Positions 50,770 through 60,598 of a stretch of 64,000 nucleotides of DNA are shown here, in pieces (position 1 is the stretch's first letter; each line of letters starts with the position of its first letter). The notes under the pieces were generated by a model that was not told the origin of the DNA, searched no databases, and saw only the letters and a program-made list of their open reading frames with translations. Source of the DNA: Candidatus Poribacteria bacterium (lineage in GTDB: Bacteria; Poribacteria; WGA-4E; PCPOR2b); the NCBI GenBank assembly GCA_965116925.1, contig OZ220744.1, positions 128,001-192,000 of the forward strand. The letters run 5' to 3'. A program made the translations under genes and the position numbers.

Positions 50770-52236
50770 TTAATCAATAACCACTTCTGGCCTACCCTCC
50801 ACCATCCACTCCGTATGGAAAGTGGTCGGTTGTCCATCCACCCCCACAACTGTCTTACCATCGGCATCAATCCGGTTATAGGTGTGTGCGCCAAAATAAT
50901 CCCGTTGTGCTTGAATCAGGTTCGCAGATACACGAGCACTGCGGTAGCTATCAAAATAAGCGAGTGCCGAGCTACACGCCGGTATCGGAATCCCAAGCTG
51001 CATAGCAGTTCCTACCACATGCCGCCAGTTGTCCTGAGTCCGTTCAATTACTTCAAGGAAGTAGGGATCAAGTAACAGGTTGGGTAAATTAGGATCGTTC
51101 TCATAGGCATCAGCGATTCGATGCAGGAAACGGGCACGAATAATGCACCCGCCGCGCCAACCGAGAGCGATTGTGCCGAGGTCGAGATCCCAATTATACT
51201 CGCTGCTCGCTTCGCGCATCAACGCAAACCCTTGTGCGTAGGAGCAAATCTTGGAAGCATACATGGCATCATGGATAGCCGCTAGCAGCTCTAATTTGTC
51301 GCCTTCATATTTGCCACTGGGACCACGGATAATTTTCGAGGCTTTGACCCGTTCCTCCTTCACCGCCGAGATACACCGTGCGAAGACAGCCTCAGCGATG
51401 GTAGGAGCGGCGATGCCGGTATCTAGGGCAGAAATGCTTGTCCATTTTCCCGTGCCCTTTTGCCCGGCAGCATCAAGAATAACTTCCACAAGGGGGACAC
51501 CTGATTTGTCTGTCTGCGTAAAGATGTCGGCTGTAATCTCAATAAGGTATGAATCCAATTCACCTTCATTCCATTTTTTGAAAGCCTGGTGCATCTCTTC
51601 AGCACTCATGCCGAGGACGTGTTTCATCAGAGCGTACGCTTCACAGATGATCTGCATGTCGCCGTATTCGATCCCGTTATGCACCATTTTGACATAGTGC
51701 CCGGCACCATCGGGACCTATGTGAGACACGCACGGAGTACCATCAACTTGGGCCGCAATCTTCGTAAAGATAGGTTCGACAAGTGCGTAGGCTTCAGGGG
51801 TGCCGCCGGGCATCATCGCAGGCCCATATCGGGCCCCTTCCTCTCCGCCCGAGATGCCGGTCCCTATGAATCGTATCCCCTTCGCTGCGAGGTCAGTGTT
51901 TCGACGGATGGTGTCTTGAAAATTCGAGTTTCCGCCATCAATGATCAGATCGCCTTCTGAGAGATGTGGTGTCAATTCGCTGATACATGCGTCAACCGCA
52001 GCACCAGCCTGCACCATTAGGATCATTTTCCTCGGTGCACTCAGTGAGCCAATGAACTCTTTGATTGAGTGTGTGCCAACAATATTCTTACCTTTTGCCC
52101 GTCCTGCGATGAAATCATCCACCTTTGAGACTGTACGATTGAATACCGCGATCCGAAACCCTTGGCTCTCAATATTGAGACTCAAATTTTCGCCCATCAC
52201 GGCTAATCCAATGAGCCCAATGTCAGCTTGTGCCAT
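50770..52236 (-). CDS. gndA: NADP-dependent 6-phosphogluconate dehydrogenase
   Basis: [49 protein letters not shown]. Confidence 0.97.
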   Translation of the reverse strand: MAQADIGLIGLAVMGENLSLNIESQGFRIAVFNRTVSKVDDFIAGRAKGKNIVGTHSIKEFIGSLSAPRKMILMVQAGAAVDACISELTPHLSEGDLIIDGGNSNFQDTIRRNTDLAAKGIRFIGTGISGGEEGARYGPAMMPGGTPEAYALVEPIFTKIAAQVDGTPCVSHIGPDGAGHYVKMVHNGIEYGDMQIICEAYALMKHVLGMSAEEMHQAFKKWNEGELDSYLIEITADIFTQTDKSGVPLVEVILDAAGQKGTGKWTSISALDTGIAAPTIAEAVFARCISAVKEERVKASKIIRGPSGKYEGDKLELLAAIHDAMYASKICSYAQGFALMREASSEYNWDLDLGTIALGWRGGCIIRARFLHRIADAYENDPNLPNLLLDPYFLEVIERTQDNWRHVVGTAMQLGIPIPACSSALAYFDSYRSARVSANLIQAQRDYFGAHTYNRIDADGKTVVGVDGQPTTFHTEWMVEGRPEVVID

Positions 52237-52279
52237 CTGTGATGCCTCCTATTCGTCTACAACATTCAGTACGTCGGAT

Positions 52280-52308
52280 ATGATACATTACTCTGAAAAT
52301 AGGGTCAA
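52280..52308 (-). promoter_or_regulatory. sigma70 promoter for gndA
   Basis: TTGACC-17 nt-TATCAT on the minus strand. Confidence 0.55.
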
Positions 52309-52357
52309 CCGAAAAAAATGAGGCAAGCGGTGTGCAAGATAAAACAGATTTTTCATC

Positions 52358-52386
52358 TTGACACATAGTTGCCTTTTTGATATGCT
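52358..52386 (+). promoter_or_regulatory. sigma70 promoter with no downstream protein gene on its strand
   Basis: TTGACA-17 nt-TATGCT. Confidence 0.6.
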
Positions 52387-52392
52387 TGCATC

Positions 52393-52523
52393 AGCCCGGC
52401 AAATACCGAATCCAATACATACTGGGTAAGCCTTAAACTGATCGATTAATACCCAGTAAATCGACACAATAGAGTCGTTTGCAAGATTCTGTTTGATTAT
52501 GTTCGGGATACGTCAAGGGGGCT
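52393..52523 (+). ncRNA. Candidate structured RNA of unknown class
   Basis: Starts 7 nt after the -10 box. Pairings AGCCC/GGGCT, CCGAA/TTCGG, TACTGGGTA/TACCCAGTA and AATAGAGTC/GATTCTGTT. Confidence 0.35.
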
Positions 52524-52725
52524 TAGGAACTGTTAAGACGGAATGGGACTTCTGACGGAGTGACATTTATCACTCTAGAGGTAGGATAGCTTAAAGAGAA
52601 GGGTATTACGGGGAAGACAATCAAGTACGACAAAGAAGTGCTTGAGCCTAATGCAGAGCATGAGCTGGCAGATGACAAATGACTCTTACCGCTCAGTTTT
52701 GATATTCCATCCATCGTTGGATAGA

Positions 52726-53352
52726 TTACGCCTGAAGATAGTGGCGAAGCAGCTTTCTCAAGTTCCGGTGTGCATGGAAGAGATGCGCCTTCACAGTACC
52801 GCTTGAACGTCCCAACGTACTCGCAATCTCTTTGAGCGAAAGGCCCTCCCAGTGGCGAAGGATGAAAATCTCACGCTGTTTGGGAGCTAGTTGCATAATC
52901 GCCCGCCGGAGATAGGTCAATAGCTCTTTGTCCTCAACAGCTTGGGTTGGAGGTCTCAGATTGCTATCTGCGATATTCATCATCGGTAGGTCATCAGATT
53001 CCAACGCGTAATTCACCGTTTCGCGCCGCGCGTTCTTACGCAAGAAATCGATGCAAAGATTGACAGTAATGCGATAAAGCCAGCTATAAAATTGAGACTT
53101 TCGCTTGAAATCTGGGAGTCCCTGATAGGCTCTGATAAAAGCATCCTGAGTAATATCAAGGGCATCTTCGGAATTCGGGACAAAACGTTGCGCGAGTCGG
53201 TAGGTACGGTCATGGTAGCGGACCACCAATTCATCGAAAACCGATTTATCTCCCTGTTGAAACTGCTCAATCAGCTTTGCGTCATCAGGAAATGCTTGTA
53301 CACATCGTGGTAATATTTTTTGGTAATCTTCTTCTTGCATTTTGCCTCTCAC
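52726..53352 (-). CDS. ECF sigma-70 factor
   Basis: DA.D.TQD.F..AY..L..F...SQF.SWL.RI..N.CID; region 4 'EGLS.KEIA..LG.S.GTVK..LF.A'. Confidence 0.92.
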   Translation of the reverse strand: MRGKMQEEDYQKILPRCVQAFPDDAKLIEQFQQGDKSVFDELVVRYHDRTYRLAQRFVPNSEDALDITQDAFIRAYQGLPDFKRKSQFYSWLYRITVNLCIDFLRKNARRETVNYALESDDLPMMNIADSNLRPPTQAVEDKELLTYLRRAIMQLAPKQREIFILRHWEGLSLKEIASTLGRSSGTVKAHLFHAHRNLRKLLRHYLQA

Positions 53353-53373
53353 AAAATATGAGCCAATACCAGA

Positions 53374-54240
53374 TTAATCTATCTGTTTGAACATATTAGA
53401 AAACCAGCGTTTATATCTCTTATTATCTTGAACGATTTGCTGTAACAGCTCTAAACTTTCTTTGTGATCCGCAGTCTGTGCGGTATCCACGAGGTCTAAT
53501 ACTTCTTCAAGCACGACCCGATCTTGGCGAATCAGATCTGATAACGCTGTCTTGAGACTTTGTTCATGCCCAAGCAGTGCAAAGATTTTATTGGCGTGGC
53601 GGATCTCCTCCGAAGCCACCTGCTTTAGGTAGGCGGCGAGTTCATGTTGATTTTGCTGTTCCGCCATCTGTGCCAAGATAAACCGCGTACCAATTGAAGT
53701 CAACTTTGCATGTGCCAATTCGTCCAACTCAGCTTCCAGACGTTTTTTCACATGACCCGGATCGCGAGGGTGAAGCTGATCATAACTTGGCCAAACCGGT
53801 TTGTCCATCACCTGTTTCAAGCGCGTCAAACTTTGGATCAGGTCATCCTGTTCCTCTGAAGTCAACTGTCCAATTGTCTGATGCCAGAAATCAGTCGCGC
53901 TCTCTGCTCTGTCCTGAAAAAGCTGCTCAGACTTTTCCGTCAGTTGTATACGATTCTGCCGACGATCCGTATCGCATTTACGACGAATCGTCCACGCATC
54001 GCGCTCTAGGCGGTCTACAAGGCCGGAGACAGTGCTGTGAGCGAGCCCAAGATGTTCTCCTAGTTCGCTGATAGTCATACCAGATTCACCCCCATACCAA
54101 TGGAGGTGCAATAAAGCGTTAAACTGCACGATCGTGAGTTTCTTCGGTACAACCTGCTGCACAAAACGTGATTTCACCGCAGCTTGTGCATGTCGCATCA
54201 CGCGCATAATCAGCATCGCATTTTCAGCATACTTGGACAT
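53374..54240 (-). CDS. MarR regulator fused to a ferritin/rubrerythrin-like domain
   Basis: LT..QF..L..L, MTISEL...LGL..STVSGLVDRLE, DRR; C-terminal AQMAEQQ..HELA.YL..VA.EEIRHA..IF.LLG. Confidence 0.8.
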   Translation of the reverse strand: MSKYAENAMLIMRVMRHAQAAVKSRFVQQVVPKKLTIVQFNALLHLHWYGGESGMTISELGEHLGLAHSTVSGLVDRLERDAWTIRRKCDTDRRQNRIQLTEKSEQLFQDRAESATDFWHQTIGQLTSEEQDDLIQSLTRLKQVMDKPVWPSYDQLHPRDPGHVKKRLEAELDELAHAKLTSIGTRFILAQMAEQQNQHELAAYLKQVASEEIRHANKIFALLGHEQSLKTALSDLIRQDRVVLEEVLDLVDTAQTADHKESLELLQQIVQDNKRYKRWFSNMFKQID

Positions 54241-54297
54241 TTTGTCTATATCTCTTTCAGATTTTTCAAAATTACGTCGTATAACGGACATAATTCT

Positions 54298-54338
54298 ATT
54301 GTATGCGATATAATACTATATAATTTTGTTGATGTCAA
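54298..54338 (-). promoter_or_regulatory. Promoter of the MarR gene overlapping a palindromic operator
   Basis: TTGACA-17-TATTAT on the minus strand (54338-54310); imperfect palindrome ATTGTAT-GCG-ATATAAT at 54298-54314. Confidence 0.55.
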
Positions 54339-54406
54339 CCCCAAACTGATTAAAATATACACCCGTTCAAGATTAAATCGTTACAATACACAAAGGAAAA
54401 CTGACC

Positions 54407-55954
54407 ATGAAATATTTGACCTATTCTGGCAATCATCTGATTAACGCAAAATTGCCTGATAACTCGGAAATCTACTATCCACAACCGGCAAAACCGGGAG
54501 TGAGCCGCGCCGAAATGCCAGAGCATCTCAAAAAGGCTGTGGAAAATCCACTCGGAATGCCGCCCCTCAAAGAACAGGTCAATGGAAACAGTAAGGTCCT
54601 GATTGCTTTCGATAATAACTGTCAGCCCTTTCCAATGACAAAAAAACCGGATATGCGCCAGATTATGATCGAAGCATTGCTGTCTATGCTCTACTCCTAC
54701 GGGGTCGAGAAGAATAATATACAGCTAATTTGTGCCGGCGGACTTCATCGCAAAATGAAGACACACGAGTTGGCATATATGTTAGGCCGCAAAATTATGA
54801 ACGAGTTTTATCCATATCAGTTAAGAAACTTTGATGCAGAAGATCGTGAGAATATCGTTGATCTAGGCAAGACGGGCAAAGACGAAATCGTTGAGGTCGA
54901 ACGTGCTGTGGTGGAAAGTGATATAGTGATCTATGTTGACACCATCCAAATTCCCCTCAACGGTGGACACAAATCGGTTGCTGTTGGGATGGGGACATAT
55001 AATTCAATCGCCCCACACCACTCCCCACACATGACTGCGGAGAGTCCGCATGTTATGCAACCCGGTGGATCAAACATGCACCATTGTATTGAGCGGATGA
55101 GCCGAGTTATTCAGGATCATAGTAAAATCATGGTTATCGAAGCCGCCATGAATAACCAAATCTATCCCCCAGGGTTTCGCCAGCTGGGTAAGCCAAATGT
55201 GCAATGTAACGGCTTTGAAAAAATGCTAAAAACATTGACACCCCCTTCACTGTCTCTGCTGCCAGAGGCTTTACGGTACAAAATCTTCAAAAGCATCCGA
55301 ACTGATTATGAGCCGATTGAAATCAACGCCGGCACCATTGATGGCGTTCATCCCAAAACCCTTGAAGCGATGAAAAATCAGTTGATGATAGACGTTCCTA
55401 AGCAGTTCAGCACTTTGGTTTTTGGATTGCCCGATATGAGTCCGTATGCTATCGGTGCCCGGATTAACCCTGTCTTGGTTGTCAGTGATATATTGGGGTA
55501 CGTTTTCAACTGGTTTTATAACAAGCCGTTGGTTAAAGAGGGGGGCGTCGTGATTATCTTGAATCCAACCTTTGAAGTCTTCCATGAAGAATATCACGTT
55601 CCCTACAAGAAGTTCTTCGACGAAGTCCTTGCCGAAACCACCGAGCCATTTGAAATGCAAAATCAGTTTCAAGCGCAATATGCCCATGACTCTCATTTAA
55701 TAGATTGCTATCGTAACAAATTCGCGTATCACGGATTTCACCCCTTCACCGTCTGGTATTGGGCGACCTACGCGCTGAAATACCTGTCCAAAGTCATTTT
55801 GGTTGGTCCCAAAGATGACCGCGTTGCCAAGAGATTAGGCGTAGATTGGGCAAAAGATTTAGAACAGGCACTGGGAGTAGCGAAGGAAATTTCCGGCGAA
55901 GATGATGTTGTTGCTTTGACGATGCCGCCATTTCTTTACGTCAACGTCCAATGA
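54407..55954 (+). CDS. Lactate racemase (LarA/DUF2088) superfamily protein
   Basis: A.ENP.G.PPL, GLHRKM...EL, GGHKS...G, V..GGV.I. Confidence 0.8.
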   Translation: MKYLTYSGNHLINAKLPDNSEIYYPQPAKPGVSRAEMPEHLKKAVENPLGMPPLKEQVNGNSKVLIAFDNNCQPFPMTKKPDMRQIMIEALLSMLYSYGVEKNNIQLICAGGLHRKMKTHELAYMLGRKIMNEFYPYQLRNFDAEDRENIVDLGKTGKDEIVEVERAVVESDIVIYVDTIQIPLNGGHKSVAVGMGTYNSIAPHHSPHMTAESPHVMQPGGSNMHHCIERMSRVIQDHSKIMVIEAAMNNQIYPPGFRQLGKPNVQCNGFEKMLKTLTPPSLSLLPEALRYKIFKSIRTDYEPIEINAGTIDGVHPKTLEAMKNQLMIDVPKQFSTLVFGLPDMSPYAIGARINPVLVVSDILGYVFNWFYNKPLVKEGGVVIILNPTFEVFHEEYHVPYKKFFDEVLAETTEPFEMQNQFQAQYAHDSHLIDCYRNKFAYHGFHPFTVWYWATYALKYLSKVILVGPKDDRVAKRLGVDWAKDLEQALGVAKEISGEDDVVALTMPPFLYVNVQ

Positions 55955-56057
55955 AATTGGGGTTTCCCAACCTGTAATAGTGGGTACAGGTTGCCTAACC
56001 TGTACGGAGTATACGATTTTTACCAGCGAAGTGCGTAACTCCTATCAGAGGTGAAAT

Positions 56058-57668
56058 ATGTCTCACCAAAGAATAAACAAAAAAATACCGACCATTGAGG
56101 AAATTCAGAAGGAGTTTGAGGATTTCGTTAAGCGGAAGTACGGCGGTACTGTCAACTTTACAATGTCGCAGGCAAGACCAGATACAACTACAACTGACGA
56201 TTCAAGTGCCTCCGCCCCTGAAAAAAAGACATTCGATCTGAAATTTGACCTCAAACCGAAGGAAGTCAAGCATTATCTCGACCGTTATGTCATCAAACAG
56301 GATGATGCGAAGAAAGCGTTAGCGATCGCTGTGTGTGATCACTATAATCATGTGCGTGAAGTCCACGAAAATCCGAAAGCTGCTGACACTGATTACTCAA
56401 AGCAGAATGTTGTCATGCTCGGACCGACAGGCGTTGGTAAAACCTACCTGATTCGCCATATCGCCAAGCTAATCGGTGTGCCGTTCGTCAAAGCGGATGC
56501 GACCCGGTTTAGTGAAACCGGCTATGTCGGTGCGAATGTCGATGACATGATTCGAGACCTAGTCACACAGGCAGACGACGATATTGAATTAGCACAATAC
56601 GGTATTATTTATCTCGACGAAGTCGATAAAATTGCGACACCACCGAATATCATCGGACGTGATGTCAGCGGACGGGGTGTGCAGATTGGTCTCCTCAAAC
56701 TGATGGAGGAAACAGAGGTCGATCTCCGCGCCGGTTACGATGCAGCATCTCAGATGCAAGCCATGATGGAGTTCCAACAGAAAGGGGTGGTTGAAAAGCG
56801 GATCATCAATACACGCCATATCCTGTTCATTATTAGTGGGGCATTTAACGGCCTGAAAGAAATCGTCAACAAACGCATGAATCAGAGCAATATTGGATTT
56901 AACGCAACGGTAAAAAGTCAAACGGGGTTGGAGGATCCCTTTCAGTTTGTAACACCGCAAGACTTCATCGAGTTTGGATTTGAGCCCGAATTAATCGGGC
57001 GTTTACCTGTCCATGTTATATGCCAAAACCTGGCCGCAGATGATCTTTACCATATCCTCAAACATTCCGAGGGATCTATCGTCCGGCAGTATGAACGAGC
57101 GTTCGGAGCGTACGGGATTGAGGTGTTGTTTTCCGATGCAGGACTCCATCAAATTGCCGAGGGGGCATACGTCCAAGAAACAGGAGCGCGTGCCTTGATG
57201 ACGGTCTGTGAAAAAACGCTGCGCGAATATAAGTTTGAACTGCCGTCCTCTAGTATCCGCGAGTTCGTTGTAACAGAGGCGGTTGTTAAGGATCCAGCAG
57301 GCGAACTGCAACGGATTCTCGAAGATGCCGACTACAACCGCCGAATGGTCATGCGTGAGCGGGTTCGCCGGTACGAAGAAGGTTTCCAGAACGAACATCA
57401 GATGCAAATTCAATTTGATGATGAAGCGACAGAACTCTTATGCCAAAGGGCGATTGACCAAAGTCGAACGCCAAAGGAGATCTGTGAAGAACTATTGCAG
57501 AGCTACCAACACGGGCTGAACCTTATTCGGCAAAATACTGGGCGGTCTGTGTTCACCTTTACTAAAGCGGTAATGGACAACCCAGATATTATGCTTGAAC
57601 GTTGGATCCGCGACTCCTATGCTGCAAAGTCCAAAGAAGAAAGAAAAACGTCGGAGACGGGGCTTTGA
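56058..57668 (+). CDS. ClpX-like AAA+ ATPase without zinc-binding domain
   Basis: GPTGVGKT, ADAT.F.ETGYVG, IIYLDEVDK, RDVSG.GVQ..LLK, IGF loop, PE.IGRLP, TGARAL. Confidence 0.85.
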   Translation: MSHQRINKKIPTIEEIQKEFEDFVKRKYGGTVNFTMSQARPDTTTTDDSSASAPEKKTFDLKFDLKPKEVKHYLDRYVIKQDDAKKALAIAVCDHYNHVREVHENPKAADTDYSKQNVVMLGPTGVGKTYLIRHIAKLIGVPFVKADATRFSETGYVGANVDDMIRDLVTQADDDIELAQYGIIYLDEVDKIATPPNIIGRDVSGRGVQIGLLKLMEETEVDLRAGYDAASQMQAMMEFQQKGVVEKRIINTRHILFIISGAFNGLKEIVNKRMNQSNIGFNATVKSQTGLEDPFQFVTPQDFIEFGFEPELIGRLPVHVICQNLAADDLYHILKHSEGSIVRQYERAFGAYGIEVLFSDAGLHQIAEGAYVQETGARALMTVCEKTLREYKFELPSSSIREFVVTEAVVKDPAGELQRILEDADYNRRMVMRERVRRYEEGFQNEHQMQIQFDDEATELLCQRAIDQSRTPKEICEELLQSYQHGLNLIRQNTGRSVFTFTKAVMDNPDIMLERWIRDSYAAKSKEERKTSETGL

Positions 57669-57817
57669 GATTGTGAAAGATGAAATAAACTTGACGCACC
57701 AAGATAAAGTGTGCTAAAGTTATAAGGTTGTCTAAAATTGGCTAATACTACCAATCCTTAAGTTATGGAGGCAAACTTTCCACCCTGTTCTTTTTTGAAC
57801 TGTGAGCAAAGAGAAAC

Positions 57818-58768
57818 ATGAAGATTGCTGAAAACCTCATCGGCCTCATCGGCAATACCCCACTGGTTCACCTGAACTACCTACCCGGACCAGACGACGC
57901 AACAATCTTAGCGAAGCTGGAATCGTATAACCCCGGCGGCAGTATCAAAGATCGGATTGGCTATGCCATGATAGCCGACGCCGAAGAACGGGGATTGCTC
58001 AAACCGGGCTGCACAATTGTTGAACCCACGGCAGGCAATACAGGAATCGGGCTTTCGATTGTCGCTATTGCAAAAGGATACCGCGTTACTTTGACCATGC
58101 CAGAGAACGTCAGCCGGGAAAAGTATACTCTGCTTGCCTCTTTTGGCGCAGAGATTATACTAACCCCTGAGGACGCTGGGATGGGAGGAGCGATCTGGGA
58201 AGCTGAGGAAATCATCTCACGGAATCCACACAACTTTATGCCCAATCAGTTTGAAAATCCGGTGAATCCTGAAATTCACCGACAAACAACAGCACGCGAG
58301 ATTCTGGACGACATTGACCGTGAGATTGATTTTTTTGTCGCCGGCGTGGGAACGGGGGGAACCTTAACAGGTGTTGGAGAAGTCCTCAAAACCCATCGAT
58401 CGCAGACTCAGGTGGTTGCAGTGGAACCAAGCATCTCCCCAGTTTTATCCGGCGGCCAGCCGGGGCCGACTCGTATTGATGGTATTGGAGCAGGCAGAAT
58501 TCCAGAAGTGCTGAACGTTAATGTCATCGATCAGGTGATTACTGTGTCTGATGGAGAGGCTTATCGAATGATGCGGCAGATTTCAAAAGCCGAGGGTTTG
58601 CTCGTTGGGATGTCGTCAGGGGCAAATGTCCAGGCCGCATTGGAAGTGGCGCACGGGCTTGGCAAAGATAAAACTGTTGTCACAATTTTACCAGATACGG
58701 GAGACCGTTATTTTAGCCTCGCTCAGTATTTTGAATCAGAAATCGGTGCGGAAGCCGGTTTTGAGTAA
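57818..58768 (+). CDS. cysK: Cysteine synthase
   Basis: IGNTPLV, KLE..NPGGSIKDR, PTAGNTG, GTGGT, G.SSGA, PDTG.RY. Confidence 0.92.
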   Translation: MKIAENLIGLIGNTPLVHLNYLPGPDDATILAKLESYNPGGSIKDRIGYAMIADAEERGLLKPGCTIVEPTAGNTGIGLSIVAIAKGYRVTLTMPENVSREKYTLLASFGAEIILTPEDAGMGGAIWEAEEIISRNPHNFMPNQFENPVNPEIHRQTTAREILDDIDREIDFFVAGVGTGGTLTGVGEVLKTHRSQTQVVAVEPSISPVLSGGQPGPTRIDGIGAGRIPEVLNVNVIDQVITVSDGEAYRMMRQISKAEGLLVGMSSGANVQAALEVAHGLGKDKTVVTILPDTGDRYFSLAQYFESEIGAEAGFE

Positions 58769-58868
58769 TGGTGAATTCTAAAAATAAATAGACACTTTCG
58801 CCCCGTTGGTAGGTGCGGTTTTCCCCTGCACCGGTTGGGGGGGCTCATAATTCTTAAGATCCACTAAA
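58767..58868. mobile_element. ~100-bp MITE, copy 2 (degenerate ends)
   Basis: GTGAATTCTAAAAATAAATAGACACTTTCGCCCC...GTAGGTGCGGTTT...AAGATCCACTA matches 19771-19871. Confidence 0.7.
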
Positions 58869-58962
58869 AATAGGGAAATGAGTTCGGAAGTTTATAAGGC
58901 ACTCGATTCACCAATTTACTCGTTTATCATGTTCCGTGCATACAGGAAGGATTGGGTATCCC

Positions 58963-59727
58963 TTGAACGAATTAACAAATCAAGATCTGATAAATGAAGA
59001 GCTTTGCTACGAAATTCGTCTGCTCGAAGAACCGCAGGAGATCCTATTTAGCCTCATTAAACGTTTTAAGGAACGGGCCGCAATTGTTACGAGCGGACAG
59101 TTATCCGGAATGATTCTGCTCCACATGGCTTGCGAAAACAAGCTGCCATTTAGAGCCTGTACAATTGACACACTGCGTCTGTTTCCTGAAACCTATGAAT
59201 TCTTCGAGCATGTCGAAGCGCATTACAACATTCGTATTGAGAGGATCACCCCGGAGCCGGAAGCAGTGGATCGAATGGTCATAAATCATGGGGAGTTCCT
59301 GTTCTTCGACAGCAAACAGAAACAGGAATATTGCTGTAACATCAGGAAAGTACAACCAATGCAGCGATTGTTGGATACACTAGATGTCTGGTTTGCCGGG
59401 CTTCGACGAGATCAATCCAGTAATCGGCAAAGCACTCCCAAAGCGGAAATCATCGAGCACAATGGCCGTCCTATACTGAAAGTCAACCCACTGGCGGATT
59501 GGCCCGAAGCACAGATTTGGGAGTACATTCACAAACACGATATCCCGGTGAACCCACTGATGGAACCCCAGAAGTACGGCCAATACTATGAATCGCTCGG
59601 ATGCGTTATCTGCACGACACCAATCCTGCCCGGCGAACCGAAAAGGGCGGGACGGTGGCGCTGGCAAAATGCTCCGTCTGCCGACGAAGATAATAAGAAA
59701 GAATGCGGGATTCACTACGCAATATAG
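58963..59727 (+). CDS. cysH: APS/PAPS reductase (Fe-S, APS-reductase type)
   Basis: IDT..LFPETY, CC.IRK..P, GLRRDQS, NPL.DW, SLGCxxCT, R.GRW, ECGIH. Start uncertain (58936 or 58963). Confidence 0.9.
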   Translation: MNELTNQDLINEELCYEIRLLEEPQEILFSLIKRFKERAAIVTSGQLSGMILLHMACENKLPFRACTIDTLRLFPETYEFFEHVEAHYNIRIERITPEPEAVDRMVINHGEFLFFDSKQKQEYCCNIRKVQPMQRLLDTLDVWFAGLRRDQSSNRQSTPKAEIIEHNGRPILKVNPLADWPEAQIWEYIHKHDIPVNPLMEPQKYGQYYESLGCVICTTPILPGEPKRAGRWRWQNAPSADEDNKKECGIHYAI

Positions 59728-59799
59728 AACCTGTCACAATTAAGACCGAATTTTTTTTGGTCACGTTTGACTTAACCTTACAACGAAGGGAGTTTTGCA

Positions 59800-60096
59800 A
59801 TGGCTGTTACCGTACGTATTCCAACCCCTCTCAGAAGGCTCACACAAAATCAGCCTGAAGTTGAAGCAGAGGGAGACACAATTGAAAGCCTCATCGAAAA
59901 CCTTGAGGCAAACTATCCGGGAATCAAAGAACGCATCTGTGATGAAGCCGGTAATATTCGCCGTTTTGTTAATATTTATCTCAACGACGAAGATATTCGC
60001 TTTTTAGATGGCAATGCAACGGCAGTTAAGGATGGCGATGAAATCTCGGTCATCCCTGCAATCGCAGGCGGTTCGTCAGATGATCAAAGAGACTGA
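59800..60096 (+). CDS. MoaD/ThiS/CysO-type ubiquitin-like sulfur carrier with extension after GG
   Basis: VRIPTPLR, RFVNIYLNDEDIR, IPAIAGG-SSDDQRD. Confidence 0.9.
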   Translation: MAVTVRIPTPLRRLTQNQPEVEAEGDTIESLIENLEANYPGIKERICDEAGNIRRFVNIYLNDEDIRFLDGNATAVKDGDEISVIPAIAGGSSDDQRD

Positions 60097-60568
60097 AGCA
60101 TTAGAGTTACAAAGTGAGACTCTAAATCAAATCTACGCGCACGCAAAAGCCGAATTTCCCGATGAGTGCTGTGGCATCATTTTGAGCGACGGGAACCGGG
60201 AATTCGTCCGGGAGTGCCGGAATATACAGAATGAACGACACGCCGAAGATCCGGATACATATCCCCGCGACGCACGCACCGCATATCTAATAGACCCAAA
60301 CGACTTAATCCGCGTGCACAAAGAAGCTGAAACCGAGAGTCGACCGATTAAGGCATTTTATCATTCACACCCGAATCACGATGCTTACTTTTCGGAAAAA
60401 GATAAAGCGGATGCAACGGCTTGGGACGAACCCATGTACCCCGGGGCAGCTTATGTTGTAGTCTCCATCTATGACCGGGAGGTTAAAACCGCAAAAACTT
60501 TCGCTTGGAATGAGGATGATGCGGACTTTGTGGAAGTGCCGATACACACGAAGCGTGATGCAGAATAG
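60080..60568 (+). CDS. JAB/MPN+ (M67, Mec-like) metallopeptidase
   Basis: PDECCG and YHSHPNHDAYFSEKD (HxH-x7-S-x2-D); ATG 60080 overlaps the carrier gene. Confidence 0.9.
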   Translation: MIKETEALELQSETLNQIYAHAKAEFPDECCGIILSDGNREFVRECRNIQNERHAEDPDTYPRDARTAYLIDPNDLIRVHKEAETESRPIKAFYHSHPNHDAYFSEKDKADATAWDEPMYPGAAYVVVSIYDREVKTAKTFAWNEDDADFVEVPIHTKRDAE

Positions 60569-60598
60569 AATCCCTTAATTCAGAAAGGAGTGGCAGAT

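Noticed and set aside
52523..52714. 63-aa ORF after the ECF gene as an anti-sigma factor
   Set aside because: Ser-rich, no RBS, no HxxxCxxC motif and no convincing TM helix.
57690..57817. SAM or other riboswitch upstream of cysK
   Set aside because: No SAM-I/II core motifs; only a weak promoter-like sequence.
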